Shown here piece after piece: positions 62,991-64,000 of a stretch of DNA of 64,000 nt. Source of the stretch: Felis catus (lineage: Eukaryota); the NCBI RefSeq assembly GCF_018350175.1, contig NC_058383.1:27282001-27346000 (forward strand), given 5' to 3'. Below the pieces are notes generated by a model that was not told where the DNA came from, ran no database searches, and worked only from the letters and a program-made list of their open reading frames with translations. The translations under genes were made by a program, and so were the position numbers. How positions within the stretch are numbered: the first letter of the stretch is position 1; each line of letters starts with the position of its first letter.

Positions 62991-63515
62991 TGTCTGCCAG
63001 ATTCAAGATGCCCACAAAATCTTTGACGTTCCGGTCATGGAGAGGTGGGGTCTTCTTCCCCCTTAAAACCGGGCTAGCCTTAGTGACTTGTTTGACCAAC
63101 AGAATGGGGCAGAAGGGGTGTTCTGGGAGCTCAGAGCCTAGGTGATAAGAAAGCTCCTGCTGGGACTCTTGGAACATTCACTCTTGGGAAGCGTCCTTTT
63201 GGAACCCGGCCATCATTCCGCGAGAAGCCTAAGCCACATGCGCTCTAGTCGACAGCTCCAGATGAGCTCCCAGCCAGCCGTCAGCGCCAGCTGCCAGCTG
63301 CATGAATGAGACACGCTGAGCATCCAGCCCAGCCAAACCTTAAGATGACTGACTGCAGCCCCGGCCCTTATCTGACTGCAACACACACAAAAAATCCAAG
63401 GGACAACCGTCCAGCTAGGCCCGGTCAGCCCACAAAACTTTAAGAGCTAATAAGTAACTGTTTAAGCCACTAAGTTTGTGAGCAATTTGTTCCACGGCAA
63501 TAGATAAGCAGGACG
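62991..63515 (+). mobile_element. MaLR solo LTR (MLT1G-like)
   Basis: aagatgcccacaaaatctttgac; gtgacttgtttgaccaacagaat; tttaagccactaagttt; gcaatagataa. Confidence 0.85.
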
Positions 63516-64000
63516 CCCTAGGATCCGCTACAATAAGTAGGTGTTCACGCCTTAGGGATACATACTTGAGGCAGCAGCGACGACTAGATACTCAGTAAGT
63601 ACATAACCGGTTGACTAAATGAAGAACGGAATGTGTCAACAAATGACAGAGGTGGGATTTGGACCAAATTACATAAATTCAAATCTCCCTTCCCTTTTCT
63701 TTTTAACCGTAACCTAATGTTCCCTTAAAAAGGAAAACATTAAAAAAAAAAATAAGATAAAATAATCAAATAAAATGAAACAAATGAAAACAAAACAAAA
63801 CATGATCTTCCTGCCTGTCATATTTGCTATAGGTTCTGGAGGAAAAGTGGAATTCTCAAACGGAGTCTTGTCGCGAGATGGTAGCCTCTGTAGCTTTCTA
63901 GCCCAGGGGAGGTTCAGAGTGAAAAAGCCAGTTTGCTTCTGTGTTGTCAGGCCCTCACCATGGTATTGCACGGAGGCCAACAAACGTTTCCTGTAAAGGG

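Noticed and set aside
1..64000. Prokaryotic-style systems (operons, CRISPR, phage, terminators) or an intact ERV/L1 ORF
   Set aside because: The sequence is mammalian intronic DNA with only solo LTRs and truncated LINE ends. No host gene symbol is assigned because I do not recognise the exon.

Overview
This is mammalian genomic DNA, almost certainly from a felid (cat-like), judged by about 18 tRNA-derived carnivore SINEs. Three of them are near-consensus young SINEC_Fc-type copies with target-site duplications. The window is essentially non-coding and none of the six-frame ORFs looks like a real protein. It reads as one very large intron, or several, of a minus-strand gene. The best exon candidate is a 148-nt minus-strand exon at 3766-3913 with a strong acceptor and an AGG|GTGAGT donor. 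All three frames are closed at its 5' end and it ends in ACC-ATG-TCC-TCA-AGG (MSSR), so it is either a 5'UTR/start-codon exon or a non-coding exon. I cannot name the gene. The rest is old interspersed repeats (MIR, L2, L1, MER20, MER102, MER58A, MER3, MLT1 LTRs), microsatellites, and several repeat-free, motif-rich blocks that look like enhancers. Notable oddities are a short interstitial telomere array with CCCTAAA variants, a twin-primed inverted L1, a closely spaced tail-to-tail SINE pair, a MEF2/GATA/E-box cluster, a CTCF-like site beside a CpG-enriched patch, and a plus-strand 44-nt intron-like unit. I found no convincing evidence of a novel biological system. Repeat family names are from memory of consensus sequences and their boundaries are approximate.
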